Shown: positions 17,143 through 26,253 of the stretch, in pieces
How positions within the stretch are numbered: the stretch's first letter is position 1
How the letters are laid out: every line of letters begins with the position of its first letter
Assembly: GCA_964648855.1 (NCBI GenBank)
Contig: CAZYLT010000006.1
Coordinates: 1 to 32,000, forward strand
Direction of reading: 5' to 3'
Length of the DNA: 32,000 nucleotides
DNA from: an uncultured archaeon
GTDB lineage: Archaea > Asgardarchaeota > Thorarchaeia > Thorarchaeales > Thorarchaeaceae
Translations under genes and position numbers: made by a program
The notes under the pieces: generated by a model
The model's input: only the letters and a program-made list of their open reading frames with translations
The model's database searches: none
What the model was told of the DNA's origin: nothing

Positions 17143-17313
17143 ATGACCGCAAAGAAGAACAAATCGAAAAGCAAGAAAAAGATGGGCAAAGGCAATAGAA
17201 CATGCCGTCGTTGTGGAACGCATCAAGCTATAATCAGGCGTTATGGTCTCAATATGTGCCGCCGCTGTTTCAGAGAAACTGCGGAAAAACTCGGTTTCAA
17301 AAAATACAGCTAG
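17143..17313 (+). CDS. rps14: 30S ribosomal protein uS14 (Zn-binding; 56 aa, missing from ORF track)
   Basis: Own translation: [56 protein letters not shown]; SD GAGGTGA. Confidence 0.97.
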   Translation: MTAKKNKSKSKKKMGKGNRTCRRCGTHQAIIRRYGLNMCRRCFRETAEKLGFKKYS

Positions 17314-17330
17314 GGGAGGCATGAAAGAAT

Positions 17331-17723
17331 ATGACACTATTAGATCCATTGGCTGACGCGATGTCGAGCATATACAATAGCGAGCTTGTTGGTAAGCCCG
17401 AAATCATAGTGGCACCAGCTTCAAGCTTGATTGAGAGAGTCCTAAGGGTTATGCAAGCCAAAGGCTACATTGGCGAATTTGAAACAATCGACGATGGGAA
17501 GGCGGGAAGAATCCGCATACAACTCATGGGTCGCACAAACCGATGTGGCGTTATCAAGCCGCGATTCCCTGTCAAACGTGACGGATTTGAAGACTACGAG
17601 AAGAAATTCCTACCAGCTTACAACTATGGCATACTCATTGTCACTACTCCGCAAGGAGTAATGACCCATGACGAAGCCAAGAAACGTGGCATTGGTGGTA
17701 GACTATTAGCATATGTGTATTGA
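17331..17723 (+). CDS. rps8: 30S ribosomal protein uS8
   Basis: [14 protein letters not shown] and GGRLLAYVY. Confidence 0.97.
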   Translation: MTLLDPLADAMSSIYNSELVGKPEIIVAPASSLIERVLRVMQAKGYIGEFETIDDGKAGRIRIQLMGRTNRCGVIKPRFPVKRDGFEDYEKKFLPAYNYGILIVTTPQGVMTHDEAKKRGIGGRLLAYVY

Positions 17724-17738
17724 GGAGAGAGCCGGTCG

Positions 17739-18302
17739 ATGTCAATAAAAGCAGCTTACGAGCAACGTATCGAGATACCAGATGACTGTGATGTCACTGT
17801 TGAAGACAAGAAGGTAATCGTCACAGGTCCGTTGGGTACTCTTGAGCGTGAGTTTCCAGAACTCATCGCAGATTTTCAGATTAATGGTAATGAATTAGTT
17901 GCCTATACTCAAGTATCTAGAAAGAAAACACGGGCTTTAGTAGGTTCTATTGTAGCACATGTTAGAAACATGCTTACTGGTGTACAGCATGGATACGAAT
18001 ACACCCTGAAAGTTGTTTACAGCCATTTTCCACCAACCGTGAAGGATGGGGATGGATTTGTTGTGATATCCAATTTCCTTGGTGAACGCGGCGTACGCAA
18101 AGCCCGTAAGATAGGCGATGTAGACATCAAAATCTCAGAGGATGAGGTTGTAATCAGCGGCATAAGTATTGAGGATGTATCCCAGACAGCAGCCAATATT
18201 CAGAATTCTACGAGAATACGCAACAAGGATCGTCGTGTATTTCTTGATGGAATATATGTTTTGAAGAAGCGGAAAGGCACGGAAGTGAAGTCTGTAGTAT
18301 AG
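17739..18302 (+). CDS. rpl6: 50S ribosomal protein uL6
   Basis: YSHFP, NFLGE and DRRVFLDGIY. Confidence 0.97.
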   Translation: MSIKAAYEQRIEIPDDCDVTVEDKKVIVTGPLGTLEREFPELIADFQINGNELVAYTQVSRKKTRALVGSIVAHVRNMLTGVQHGYEYTLKVVYSHFPPTVKDGDGFVVISNFLGERGVRKARKIGDVDIKISEDEVVISGISIEDVSQTAANIQNSTRIRNKDRRVFLDGIYVLKKRKGTEVKSVV

Positions 18303-18314
18303 GAGGCAAGAAAG

Positions 18315-19649
18315 ATGACAAAGAAGCCAAAGTTAACTGACATTCCTGGAATCGGAGAAAAGATGGAAGAGAGTCTCCGAAATGCGGGAATAAAGACAGT
18401 CTTGAGTCTCTCAAAAGCAGATGCTGAGAAACTGGCTGAGAAAGTAGATGGATTGGGGATTTCCAGTGCCGAGGATTTCATAAGTGAGGCGAAAAAGCTA
18501 GCTCCTATAAAAGAGCCAAGCACACAAAAGAAACTAGGGCTTGAAGACATCACTGGTGTTGGGCCTAAGACTCAGGAGGCTCTTAGAGCAGCAGGATATA
18601 AGACGGTAGAAAAGATCGCGATAGCCGATCCTGCAGAGATTGCAGAACAAGTTGACGGCGTCGGTGATTCAACTGCAGACCAGATTGTGGAAGCAGCTTT
18701 TGAGCTTGTTCCTGACGAAATTAAGAAGAAACGCAAACCAAGACTGAGTGACATCACTGGTGTTGGGCCAAAGACGCAAGAAGCACTGAAAGTAGCCGGA
18801 TATAAGACGGTGGAAAAGATAGCAACAGCTGAACCGGCCGATATTGCAGAAAAGGCGGATGGTATTGGGGATACAACTGCGGACCAGATTGTGGAAGCAG
18901 CTTTTGAGCTTGTTCCTGACGAAATTAAGAAGAAACGCAAACCAAGACTGAGTGACATCACTGGTGTTGGGCCAAAGACGCAAGAAGCTCTCATATCAGC
19001 TGGATACAAGACAGTATCAATGATAGCAAATGCTGATCCAGCAGATATCTCAGAAAAGGTTGAAGGCATCGGTGATGCAAGTGCAGACAACATAGTTGAA
19101 GTAGCACAGTCATTGATTCCCACTAAGCCCAAAAAGAAGCGAAAGAAGAAGGAAGCTAAGAAGAAAGAGAAGGAACCTGAATTTGAATTTACAGGTGGCA
19201 AGGCAAGACGCGATCAAAGACTACTGAGAATTGCCGCCAGAAAGAAGAAACGCAAACCGAAGTTCCGACACGAACAGGCCCACCGTTGGACACGAGTCAG
19301 TGACAGTTGGCGGAAAGTTCGTGGCATTGACAGCGCGACACGGGAGAAGAAGAAGGGCAGACCCGCCATGGTATCTGCAGGGTATAGAACTCCAAAGGAG
19401 ATTCGTGGTCTGCATCCATCGGGATATGAAGAAGTTCTAGTCCATCGTCCCGCTGACTTGGAGGGATTGGATCCCGAAGTTCAAGCTATAAGAATTGGCG
19501 GAACAGTAGGGATGAAAAAACGACAAGATATTCTAGATAAGGCCGATACAATGTTTCTCAGGGTCCTAAACCCAGGAGTGCCTGAGGAGATTATGGAAGA
19601 GGACTTGTTCGAAGAACTTGAGGGCCTTGAAGACATGGAGGTTGAGTAG
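18315..19649 (+). CDS. rpl32e: 50S ribosomal protein eL32 fused to four N-terminal (HhH)2 repeats
   Basis: C-term KPKFRHEQ..WRKVRGIDS..GYRTP..RGLHPSGY..RVLNP; N-term 4x L.DI.G(I/V)G.K..E.L..AG.KT.....A....AE...G.G...A.. Confidence 0.95.
   Translation: MTKKPKLTDIPGIGEKMEESLRNAGIKTVLSLSKADAEKLAEKVDGLGISSAEDFISEAKKLAPIKEPSTQKKLGLEDITGVGPKTQEALRAAGYKTVEKIAIADPAEIAEQVDGVGDSTADQIVEAAFELVPDEIKKKRKPRLSDITGVGPKTQEALKVAGYKTVEKIATAEPADIAEKADGIGDTTADQIVEAAFELVPDEIKKKRKPRLSDITGVGPKTQEALISAGYKTVSMIANADPADISEKVEGIGDASADNIVEVAQSLIPTKPKKKRKKKEAKKKEKEPEFEFTGGKARRDQRLLRIAARKKKRKPKFRHEQAHRWTRVSDSWRKVRGIDSATREKKKGRPAMVSAGYRTPKEIRGLHPSGYEEVLVHRPADLEGLDPEVQAIRIGGTVGMKKRQDILDKADTMFLRVLNPGVPEEIMEEDLFEELEGLEDMEVE
18678..18988 (+). 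repeat. Exact 107-nt direct repeat (18678-18784 and 18882-18988), period 204 nt
   Basis: gaccagattgtgg...aagacgcaagaagc occurs twice, identical by manual comparison. Confidence 0.9.
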
Positions 19650-19651
19650 AT

Positions 19652-20104
19652 ATGAAACTCACTTCACAGAAACGACTTGCAGCAGAAGTCATGAAGGTTG
19701 GAATGTCTAGGGTCTGGATTGACCCAGATTTCCAAGACGAAGTATCGTTGGCAATAACGAAGGATGATATTCGTCGCTTGATTGATGAACGAATCATACA
19801 GAAGAAGCAAAAGAAGGGCGTTAGCAGAGGACGGGCGCGTCATAACTTACAACAGAAGAGAAAAGGACAGCGCAGAGGGCCTGGTAGGAAGAAGGGGAAG
19901 ACAACCTCAAAGCTTTCCAAAAAGGACCGTTGGATTCGCAAAGTTCGACCGATGCGACGCGAACTCAAGCGATTGAGGGATGAAGGTAAAATCTCGAAGG
20001 GCGTCTACCGGGAATTATATCTCAAAGCAAAAGGTAATGCATTCCGCAATACTGCCCACCTACGAACATACATATCTGAACACAATTTGGGAGATGTTAA
20101 GTGA
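19652..20104 (+). CDS. rpl19e: 50S ribosomal protein eL19
   Basis: QKRLAA, RVWIDP, GVSRGR and YLKAKGNAF. Confidence 0.97.
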   Translation: MKLTSQKRLAAEVMKVGMSRVWIDPDFQDEVSLAITKDDIRRLIDERIIQKKQKKGVSRGRARHNLQQKRKGQRRGPGRKKGKTTSKLSKKDRWIRKVRPMRRELKRLRDEGKISKGVYRELYLKAKGNAFRNTAHLRTYISEHNLGDVK

Positions 20105-20862
20105 TGGCACAAGGGTCAACATACCGAGTCAAATTTAGAAGACGAAGAGAAGGTAAGACCAACTACTATCGTCGTCGCCGAATGTTGAAGTCTAAGCTAC
20201 CTAGGTTAGTGGTGCGGAAGACAAACACGAAAATTATAGCACAGGTTATGACCGCGAAGGTAATTGGTGATATCACCGAGGCATCAGCTATCTCCCCTGA
20301 ATTGGAGAAATATGGCTGGGAAGCTGGCAAACACAATCTACCTGCGGCATATCTAACTGGACTGCTTGTAGGGCTTCGTGCAAAGAGTCGCGGAATCGAG
20401 AAAGTTATCCTCGATATTGGCCTGAATACGCCTGTGAATGGCTCCAGAGTCTATGCTGCACTCAACGGGGCACTTAATGCTGGATTGGATATTCCACATG
20501 GTGCCGAAGTATTGCCAGACGAGGATCGACTCAAGGGCAAACATATTGTGGAAAGCTTCAAGCATTTCGACTCAGAGGATAACGAGGGAAACATGTTTGC
20601 TGAGATAGGTGCTAAGAAGCGAACTATTACGAGTATTCCCAAGACCTTTGAAGAAGTAAAACAAGCTCTTCTTGATATTCCGAAGTCGGAATTGAAGAAG
20701 CGGAAGAAGAGCAAGAAACCCAAGAAGAAGCCCAAAAAAGAGAAAGATAAGAAAAAGAAGAAGCCCGAAGAACGACCTCCACGAGCGAAGCCAACGAAAC
20801 CTAAACCGAAGCGATTGACTTCCCGCGGTAAGGGCAAAAAGGGAAAGAAAGGAAAGAGATAG
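20101..20862 (+). CDS. rpl18: 50S ribosomal protein uL18 with Lys/Pro-rich C-terminal tail (likely start 20104)
   Basis: RRRREGKTNY, RLVVRKTN and NLPAAYLTGLL. Confidence 0.96.
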   Translation: MMAQGSTYRVKFRRRREGKTNYYRRRRMLKSKLPRLVVRKTNTKIIAQVMTAKVIGDITEASAISPELEKYGWEAGKHNLPAAYLTGLLVGLRAKSRGIEKVILDIGLNTPVNGSRVYAALNGALNAGLDIPHGAEVLPDEDRLKGKHIVESFKHFDSEDNEGNMFAEIGAKKRTITSIPKTFEEVKQALLDIPKSELKKRKKSKKPKKKPKKEKDKKKKKPEERPPRAKPTKPKPKRLTSRGKGKKGKKGKR

Positions 20863-20874
20863 GAGTTAAAGAAG

Positions 20875-21540
20875 ATGAATAGACGAAGAGGACGTTCCAA
20901 CTCCGACCGACTTCAGGACTGGGAACCAAAGACAATCCTGGGCGAAATGGTCAAAGAAGGTCACATAAACAGCATCGAAGAGATTCTCGAAAACAACTAT
21001 GTGATTCGTGAGCCAGAAATTGTTGATTTGCTATTTCCAGATCTCCGGCAAGAGATTGTTGATGTTTCTCTTGTACAGAGGCAGTCAGATAGTGGACAAC
21101 AGAGAAGCTTCAGAATAACCGTGGTTGTTGGAAATGAAGAGGGCGTTATTGGAATTGGCATCGGGAAGGCACCGGAGTTTGTTCCCGCAATTCGTTCAGC
21201 TGAAGCACGAGCTAAATTGAATATCACTGTCTTTAGAAGAGGATGCGGCTCTTGGGAATGCAGATGTGGTGAACCACATAGTATTCCATTTGAAACAAAA
21301 GGTGAAACAGGATCAGTGTCTGTGACACTGAAACCCGCTCCGAAAGGAACCGGACTTGTTACAGCAGATGTTGGAAAGATTGTTCTAAGAATCGCTGGTC
21401 TTAAGGATGCATGGTGTTATACGAAAGGACGTTCAAGAACCTCTTCGAATTTTGCGAAGGCCTTTGTTGATGCACTGGCTAATACCTATCGAATGCTTCC
21501 ACCGCAGGAATGGCAGTATACCGGAGTGGCTGAAGAATGA
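20875..21540 (+). CDS. rps5: 30S ribosomal protein uS5
   Basis: WEPKT.LG, RRGCGSWEC.C..PHSIPF and PAPKGTGL. Confidence 0.97.
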   Translation: MNRRRGRSNSDRLQDWEPKTILGEMVKEGHINSIEEILENNYVIREPEIVDLLFPDLRQEIVDVSLVQRQSDSGQQRSFRITVVVGNEEGVIGIGIGKAPEFVPAIRSAEARAKLNITVFRRGCGSWECRCGEPHSIPFETKGETGSVSVTLKPAPKGTGLVTADVGKIVLRIAGLKDAWCYTKGRSRTSSNFAKAFVDALANTYRMLPPQEWQYTGVAEE

Positions 21541-22019
21541 GCGAAAATGGGAATGCAATCTTAGCAATACGGGTAAGAGGTAGAGTTAGGGTTCGTCCAC
21601 AAATACAAGACACACTGGACAAGCTCAAGCTAATCCGACTGCATCATGCTAGGTTGTTTGAAGATACTCCAAGTATTCGAGGAATGATTAACAAGGCAAA
21701 GGATTTCATAACTTGGGGCGAGATTGATGAGGACACCGTTGTGCAACTCCTGACGAAACGGGGACGTCTACCTGGAAACAGACGTTTGTCAGATGATTAT
21801 GTTAAAAAGAACTCATCATACAAATCAATCAATGCACTTGCCAAGGCGCTATTGGCAGGAGAAGCAGACCTCTATGATGTGGAAGGGCTGAAACCTGTGT
21901 TTCGCCTTACCCCGCCTTCTGGTGGTTTTAGTGGTTCGAAATACTATCAGATTGGCAAGGGTGGTATCACGGGTTACCGCGGTCCTCAGATAAATGAGTT
22001 AGCCAAGCGCATGATATAG
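21537..22019 (+). CDS. rpl30: 50S ribosomal protein uL30 (long archaeal type)
   Basis: AIRVRG, FITWGE, FRLTPP.GGF and GYRG..INEL..RMI. Confidence 0.96.
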   Translation: MSENGNAILAIRVRGRVRVRPQIQDTLDKLKLIRLHHARLFEDTPSIRGMINKAKDFITWGEIDEDTVVQLLTKRGRLPGNRRLSDDYVKKNSSYKSINALAKALLAGEADLYDVEGLKPVFRLTPPSGGFSGSKYYQIGKGGITGYRGPQINELAKRMI

Positions 22020-22025
22020 TGTAAG

Positions 22026-22580
22026 GTGATTGTAATGTCATGGGACGAAGATCCATTTGATGACGATGAAGAGAGAAGAAAGGCATTTCGACGTTGGTTC
22101 GGCGAGTTTCTACCTGAATCGATGTTCAAAGAGCTAGAAGAAATGATGGATCATATGATGAAGCAATTCGGAAATGGGTCTTTCATCGACCCACGAAAGA
22201 TGGAGGAGTTCATGAATAATCCTCGTGGGACAAATCCGTTTGTCTTTGGCTTCTCTATGCAAATGAGTCCTGATGGTAAGCCAGTCATTAGACGATTTGG
22301 AAACACTTCCGTGGGCGAAGGCCCTATTATGGGTCCGACCCTGGAACCGCTTGTTGACATCCTGGAAGAGGATGGCGAAATCATTGTAGTAGCTGAATTG
22401 CCTGGCGTAGATAAGGATGATATCAAAGTCAGAATAAAGGGTCAACAGCTCACTATTGAAGTTACAGACCCCAATAAACCATATCACAAGGAATTGGAAT
22501 TACCTTCCAGAGTGGAAAAGGACGAAGCGACATCATCAATCCGCAATGGAGTACTTGAAGTTAGACTGAAGAAGAAGTAG
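22026..22580 (+). CDS. hsp20: Archaeal small heat-shock protein Hsp20 (likely start 22035)
   Basis: PFVFGFSM..SPDGKPVIRRFGN, EPLVD, VVAELPGVDK and NGVLEV. Confidence 0.93.
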   Translation: MIVMSWDEDPFDDDEERRKAFRRWFGEFLPESMFKELEEMMDHMMKQFGNGSFIDPRKMEEFMNNPRGTNPFVFGFSMQMSPDGKPVIRRFGNTSVGEGPIMGPTLEPLVDILEEDGEIIVVAELPGVDKDDIKVRIKGQQLTIEVTDPNKPYHKELELPSRVEKDEATSSIRNGVLEVRLKKK

Positions 22581-22582
22581 GG

Positions 22583-23050
22583 ATGGAGACTACAATAATG
22601 CGTAAGAGAAAAAGCAAGAAGATCAACAAAATGCGCGGACGCCGTGCAGCTGGATATGGTTTCAGTGCAGGCCATCGAGCCTCAGGACAGAGGGGCGGCG
22701 TAGGTAAGGCTGGTTCCAAAAAGCATCATTACATCAAAGTCATGCAGGAGAACCCTCGCTATTTTGGGAAATGGGGTTTCCAGAGACCTCAGCATCTAGT
22801 TGAGGCTGTATCTGTCCTGAATATTGGGGAGATTGATGCATTAGCGGACCGGTTAGTAGAACAAGGTCATGCAGAGAAGAAGGGCAAAGAGTATACGATT
22901 GATCTCAGGTCTATGGGCGTCGACAAAGTTCTCGGTTCAGGAAGAGTGACCCGCAGAATCAATCTCATCAATCTAGATGCAATAAGTGATAATGCAAAAG
23001 AAAAAGTGGTTGAAGCAGGCGGTTCAGTAGACCTGGGTGAAGACAGCTAG
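22583..23050 (+). CDS. rpl15: 50S ribosomal protein uL15 (likely start 22598)
   Basis: RGGVGKAG..KH, YFGKWGF, KVLGSG and AKEKVVEAGG. Confidence 0.96.
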   Translation: METTIMRKRKSKKINKMRGRRAAGYGFSAGHRASGQRGGVGKAGSKKHHYIKVMQENPRYFGKWGFQRPQHLVEAVSVLNIGEIDALADRLVEQGHAEKKGKEYTIDLRSMGVDKVLGSGRVTRRINLINLDAISDNAKEKVVEAGGSVDLGEDS

Positions 23051-23052
23051 TT

Positions 23053-26000
23053 CTATTTGGTGGCATTCTGCTCGTCCAATCTGGTTCGCCAAATGAATAA
23101 GGCTATTCCGACTTGTACAACTACCAGCCCAATAAAGAGTATACCCTCCAATCTGTATAACCAAGCAAAGGGTTCTAGTCTAATAGAAATGACAAAGCTA
23201 TCAGAGTCTAAATGCCATACTGTATCATAGACTATGAGTGTCACATTATGCTCTCCAATCGGAACATTCTCTATAACCTCAATGACTGTTCCTCCACGCC
23301 ATTTCTTCATGATGTGAAGTTCTTGGTTTAGATATAATTCATAATAGCTAGGATTATTGTCACTCGTCTCCCAAATTATCCTTGATTTCATGCCGCTGTC
23401 TTCCATGAAGACCTGACGGGATGTAATTTCCGGCATAAATTGAGTCATATTCTGAAGCGGCTTGGCATATGGGTCAGTGTAATTTCCCAAGGGAATCATA
23501 TATACCGATTCACCGCTATAATCGCTCCAATAATTGCCCTCACTTTCCTCAAATACCCAATCCAAATACCTAAGTCCGTACATATGTGCATTCCTAGGAT
23601 GATTCCATCCGAATCTATTCTTCCAAAGGAAATTTTTCTCCCATTCATAGCCTGCGAAATACTCCAAATGAAGCCCAAAGTGCGAATTATTTAGAACTTC
23701 ATTGTCAATTATTGCATGATCTCCGCTTCTATAGAGATGAATCCCTGATTCCGCGTTATAATCAATGAAGCAGGACGTGATATTGGATTTATGGACATCA
23801 TAGAAGGTCACACCATCTCTTTCATTATACGCAGCAGTGCTGTTCTTTATTACGCAGTTATCAGAGAAAACAATCCGAACACCATCTCCACCGTTCCTCC
23901 GAAACGAACAATCCTCTATGACACAATTGCTGCAATCGGTCAGTAGTATGCCGTTGTCACCTTGGTATTCGCTGGCTACGGATTTAACAGTACAATTAGT
24001 GCATTCTATGAGCCGTATCCCAGATGCCACTTCAAATGAAAGATTGGCTATTATCAAATTACGGCATTTGGACAGTATGAGTTGTCCCGCATTTTCCAAT
24101 TTGAGGCTGATATCTTCAATTCCTTTCAGGACAACAAGCTGCTTGCTGTTCACAGTATTATCGCTCACGATATCGCCTGTTTTTAGCCCCTCTGAATTTT
24201 CACCAATTAGCAATCCGCAACCCGTGAAGTTATTGGAAAAAACACCGTAACTTGAGCACCGGTCAATTCTAATTCCGGCTATGCTGTTGTTGACTAGGGA
24301 ATTATTGCGTGCGACTATGACATCAGAATATATCGCTTCTAGTCCCATGCTATTCTCCTTGAATGCATTACCTACTAGTCGAATTCCCGCCCCCTGCCGA
24401 ACGTAGATCCCGTTCAATCGATTATTCTCAAACTCGGACTGGTTGATGGAGCAGTCACTACAACTATACATCAAGACTCCGATGGTCGTATTGAAGAAGC
24501 GCCCAAAGCTCACGTTTACCCTTCTGGAATTCACTATGAAAAGCTGTCCTAGATTTGATGCATAGACCTCGATATCATCCTCGTCCATGATGACTCTCAG
24601 TGGCTTCCCGTTCACTGTATTATTTTGAAATGAAACTTTTTTTGGATAGAGGCTCCAAAACCGGGCAAGTCCATCATTGAGAAATTGATTGTTCATGACA
24701 TGGGTTACACTCTCATGGTATCTGTCAATGCTCATCTTCAACCCCCCATTCTTATTCTCCATGAAGACATTACTAGAGATATTTGACCCCTCCCCCCATA
24801 ATTGAGCACCAATATCCTCGTGTCCTCTGATTGTGCAGTTTTTTACTGTGCATCCGTTCCCACTCAAAACAATCCCGTCTTCTCCATCCTGCAGTGTGCT
24901 ATCAAGGACTTTGCAATTACTGCCGTCTGCAATGTAAATATTGGCTGATGAGGAGTTTGTGAGTATACAATCTACAAGTGTAATGTTATTACATGACCGG
25001 AGCGAAATCCCGTATGTACTCGCTCCTCGAGAAGTGATGTTGGAGATGGACGAATCGCGACAATACAGTGCAGATACACCACATGAAACATTTGTGAAAT
25101 AACCGCCGCTGATAGTGGCTTTGGAACAATTGAAGAGAATGATCTGTCCATAATCTGTTCCATCTATTTTTGTTCTTACTTCGTCTGCAAAGTATCCAAT
25201 TGGCTTTCCGCCGACTGTATTATTGTTCAACGCCAATGAACTGTACAAACTAAACCAGTCACTGAATATTCCTCCTCGGTCCATCTGATTCCCAATAATT
25301 CTCAGATCATCGGCATCTCTAAAGTGAATTCCTTCTTCACTGTTCGATATGGCATTGTGTCTTATGTTGCTCTTAGGACAGTTATGGCAATGAATGGAGA
25401 TACCTTGACAGGAGGTTATAGCATTAGACACGACATCAACATCCTCGCTATATGTAGTACTTATTCCATCTGAAGTAGTGTTGGTTATCGAGTTCCCGCG
25501 AATCAACGTACCATCCGAGCTGCTGACACGAATTCCCGTCCCCCAACAATTCTCGATTGTGTTGTTTTCAACAACAGCCCCATGGCAATCGTCAATATCA
25601 ATCCCATCCCTCTTCCAGCTGATGGTGGTATTGATAACCGAGGCATAAATCGAGGACTCAATGGTTATACCACTATAGCTATCCCAGATGTGAGTGGGAC
25701 TCGTAATGATGCAGTCTATAATAATAAAATGATATGAAACCCCCTCAATCAGAATCCCGATTGTCAGTGAGGATATCAGCAACCCAGCTATCCGAAATGG
25801 GTCGTTTTTCGTGCCGCTGCCGGGAAAGCGTGCACGTTCCATCTCATAATCACCGATAATTCTGATATTATCCGAAGCAACATAGTTCCAATCTTGAGAA
25901 CCAGAAATGGATTTCTGTGGTGAAGTTGGCGGCTCCGATAATTGTGACCTAGGAGATGATACTGAGGCAAACATGACCATGAGTAATATAATCATTACAA

Positions 26001-26085
26001 GGCCCAAAGAATTTCTATTGCTCATTGCCCTACTCCAACAATGCATTCGAGAGATATAAGTCGTAATGTACACTTCAGTGAACAA
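23053..26085 (-). CDS. Large membrane-anchored surface protein with right-handed parallel beta-helix (NosD/CASH) repeats; likely start 26025
   Basis: Signal-like N-terminus, GSGTKNDPFRI, many I.NN.I....GI.L repeats, 3x NTV(N/G)(G/S)K...GQ(I/L), GNYWSDY, Ig-like domain and C-terminal TM; SD GGAG before ATG 26025. Confidence 0.88.
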   Translation of the reverse strand: MFTEVYITTYISRMHCWSRAMSNRNSLGLVMIILLMVMFASVSSPRSQLSEPPTSPQKSISGSQDWNYVASDNIRIIGDYEMERARFPGSGTKNDPFRIAGLLISSLTIGILIEGVSYHFIIIDCIITSPTHIWDSYSGITIESSIYASVINTTISWKRDGIDIDDCHGAVVENNTIENCWGTGIRVSSSDGTLIRGNSITNTTSDGISTTYSEDVDVVSNAITSCQGISIHCHNCPKSNIRHNAISNSEEGIHFRDADDLRIIGNQMDRGGIFSDWFSLYSSLALNNNTVGGKPIGYFADEVRTKIDGTDYGQIILFNCSKATISGGYFTNVSCGVSALYCRDSSISNITSRGASTYGISLRSCNNITLVDCILTNSSSANIYIADGSNCKVLDSTLQDGEDGIVLSGNGCTVKNCTIRGHEDIGAQLWGEGSNISSNVFMENKNGGLKMSIDRYHESVTHVMNNQFLNDGLARFWSLYPKKVSFQNNTVNGKPLRVIMDEDDIEVYASNLGQLFIVNSRRVNVSFGRFFNTTIGVLMYSCSDCSINQSEFENNRLNGIYVRQGAGIRLVGNAFKENSMGLEAIYSDVIVARNNSLVNNSIAGIRIDRCSSYGVFSNNFTGCGLLIGENSEGLKTGDIVSDNTVNSKQLVVLKGIEDISLKLENAGQLILSKCRNLIIANLSFEVASGIRLIECTNCTVKSVASEYQGDNGILLTDCSNCVIEDCSFRRNGGDGVRIVFSDNCVIKNSTAAYNERDGVTFYDVHKSNITSCFIDYNAESGIHLYRSGDHAIIDNEVLNNSHFGLHLEYFAGYEWEKNFLWKNRFGWNHPRNAHMYGLRYLDWVFEESEGNYWSDYSGESVYMIPLGNYTDPYAKPLQNMTQFMPEITSRQVFMEDSGMKSRIIWETSDNNPSYYELYLNQELHIMKKWRGGTVIEVIENVPIGEHNVTLIVYDTVWHLDSDSFVISIRLEPFAWLYRLEGILFIGLVVVQVGIALFIWRTRLDEQNATK

Positions 26086-26253
26086 TCAACCATCTTCTAC
26101 AACTCCTCTACGCAATGAAGCCGTGCCCTTGTACCGAGCAGATTCATATCATATGTTCAGGATGTTACACCAGTTGCCACATTGAACCTTGACCATTAGC
26201 TTTAAAGGCTCTTAGCAAATCGACCACAAAAACCTGCAGGAGATAACGGGTCT

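Noticed and set aside
18678-18988. Direct repeat as CRISPR array or mobile element
   Set aside because: In-frame coding duplication (204 nt = 68 codons) with no spacers or terminal repeats
18572-19201. 209-aa antisense ORF with repeats
   Set aside because: Shadow of the repetitive eL32 N-terminus
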